64,000 bases of DNA from Octopus sinensis. Taxonomy: Eukaryota. The notes beneath the pieces were generated by a model. That model saw only the letters and a program-made list of their open reading frames with translations. It made no database searches and was not told the origin of the DNA. The stretch lies in contig NC_042999.1 of the NCBI RefSeq assembly GCF_006345805.1, forward strand, positions 15,500,001 through 15,564,000, read 5' to 3'. A program made the translations under genes and the position numbers. Positions 63,593-64,000 of this stretch are shown piece after piece (position 1 is the first letter of the stretch; the number at the start of each line of letters is the position of its first letter).

Positions 63593-63873
63593 ACTAATAA
63601 AAGGGTTCAGCAAGGATTTGCTTCACCACACACCGAAGTTTAGAAATAGCAGCCAAAAATCTTAGCTATTTCTTCTACTTTAAAAAGGGTCTCCCAGAGA
63701 AGCCAAAATACTTGACGGTTATTTACAAAGGCAGAGAGTAAGAATAACCTTCAAGTATTTTGGCTTCTCTGGGAGACCCTTTTTAAAGTAGAAGAAATAG
63801 CTAAGATTTTTGGCTGCTATTTCTAAACTTCGGTGTGTGGTGAAGCAAATCTTTGCTGAACCTTTTTATTAGT
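63593..63873. repeat. Fold-back inverted repeat, 131-bp arms, 19-nt loop
   Basis: 63593-63723 versus the reverse complement of 63743-63873: 3 mismatches. Confidence 0.97.
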
Positions 63874-64000
63874 ATTACTTAAGTTTGCCGTGAAATGGTC
63901 CTTTTTTCATACCGAATTCTACTTGGTGAAATTATTGATTACTTCTTAATTGATTAATTTTACCCTTTGTTATTATTGATAATAAATATATAGACAGATA

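Overview
AT-rich eukaryotic genomic DNA, most likely an octopus/coleoid cephalopod. This is inferred from a COX1 NUMT readable in the invertebrate mitochondrial code with mollusc-like residues, plus the SINE repertoire. The only protein-coding signal I can support is two minus-strand exons (29016-29177 and 3817-3970). They splice in frame across a 25-kb intron and encode the N-terminal Venus-flytrap (ANF_receptor, GABA-B-receptor-like) domain of a class C GPCR or receptor guanylyl cyclase. The flanking exons were not found. The rest of the window is intron or flank packed with repeats: four tRNA-headed SINE families, many RTE LINE 3' ends, a Dong/R4-type LINE end, a TIR/TSD-complete hAT element, piggyBac-type MITEs, Helitron-like elements, microsatellites and local duplications. 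Nearly all ORFs in the supplied track are repeat artefacts. The most interesting signal is a set of minimal type I hammerhead ribozyme motifs in (TA)n-flanked, Penelope-like cassettes. One has a fully canonical core (5267-5349, minus strand) and lies on the host gene's sense strand 1.3 kb before a 3' splice site, next to three further sense-strand hammerhead motifs. A subfamily with a shared non-canonical core (U at position 6) is also present. Other highlights are a 131-bp-arm fold-back, a CpG-decayed COX1 NUMT and an expandable hairpin array in RTE 3' UTRs. Family names come from recalled motifs, not database searches.
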